A stretch of DNA of 64,000 nucleotides from Mobula hypostoma (lineage: Eukaryota), in the NCBI RefSeq assembly GCF_963921235.1, contig NC_086108.1, positions 25,234,001 to 25,298,000 of the forward strand, given 5' to 3'. The translations under genes were made by a program, and so were the position numbers. Shown here piece by piece: positions 63,991 through 64,000 of the stretch (the first letter of the stretch is position 1; each line of letters opens with the position of its first letter). Below the pieces are notes generated by a model. That model was given only the letters and a program-made list of their open reading frames with translations, was not told where the DNA came from and searched no databases.

Positions 63991-64000
63991 GTGAGGCATA

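Overview
Vertebrate genomic DNA. The repeat repertoire is most consistent with a cartilaginous fish (ray/shark; inference). The window appears to lie inside the minus-strand astrotactin-1 gene: one 108-bp coding exon (22221-22328) was recognised, and the rest is intron largely filled with nested transposable elements (CR1, Rex1/Babar, RTE, L1, Penelope-like, a Hero-like fragment, a chromovirus-type Gypsy relic, V-SINEs and a Harbinger-type MITE). Highlights: (1) a series of Penelope-like insertions carrying a minimal hammerhead-ribozyme motif, with TSDs, inverted arms, a ~35-nt tail on only one arm, a solo 39-nt tail insertion and a probable local transduction starting near the predicted ribozyme cleavage site; (2) a full-length 5.9-kb L1 with both ORFs open and an exact 18-bp TSD, nested in an RTE that is itself nested in a Rex1 tail; (3) a ~60-copy 32-bp minisatellite amplified from a Rex1 coding segment. 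Boundaries of degenerate repeats are approximate; TSD-bounded ones were read directly from the sequence.
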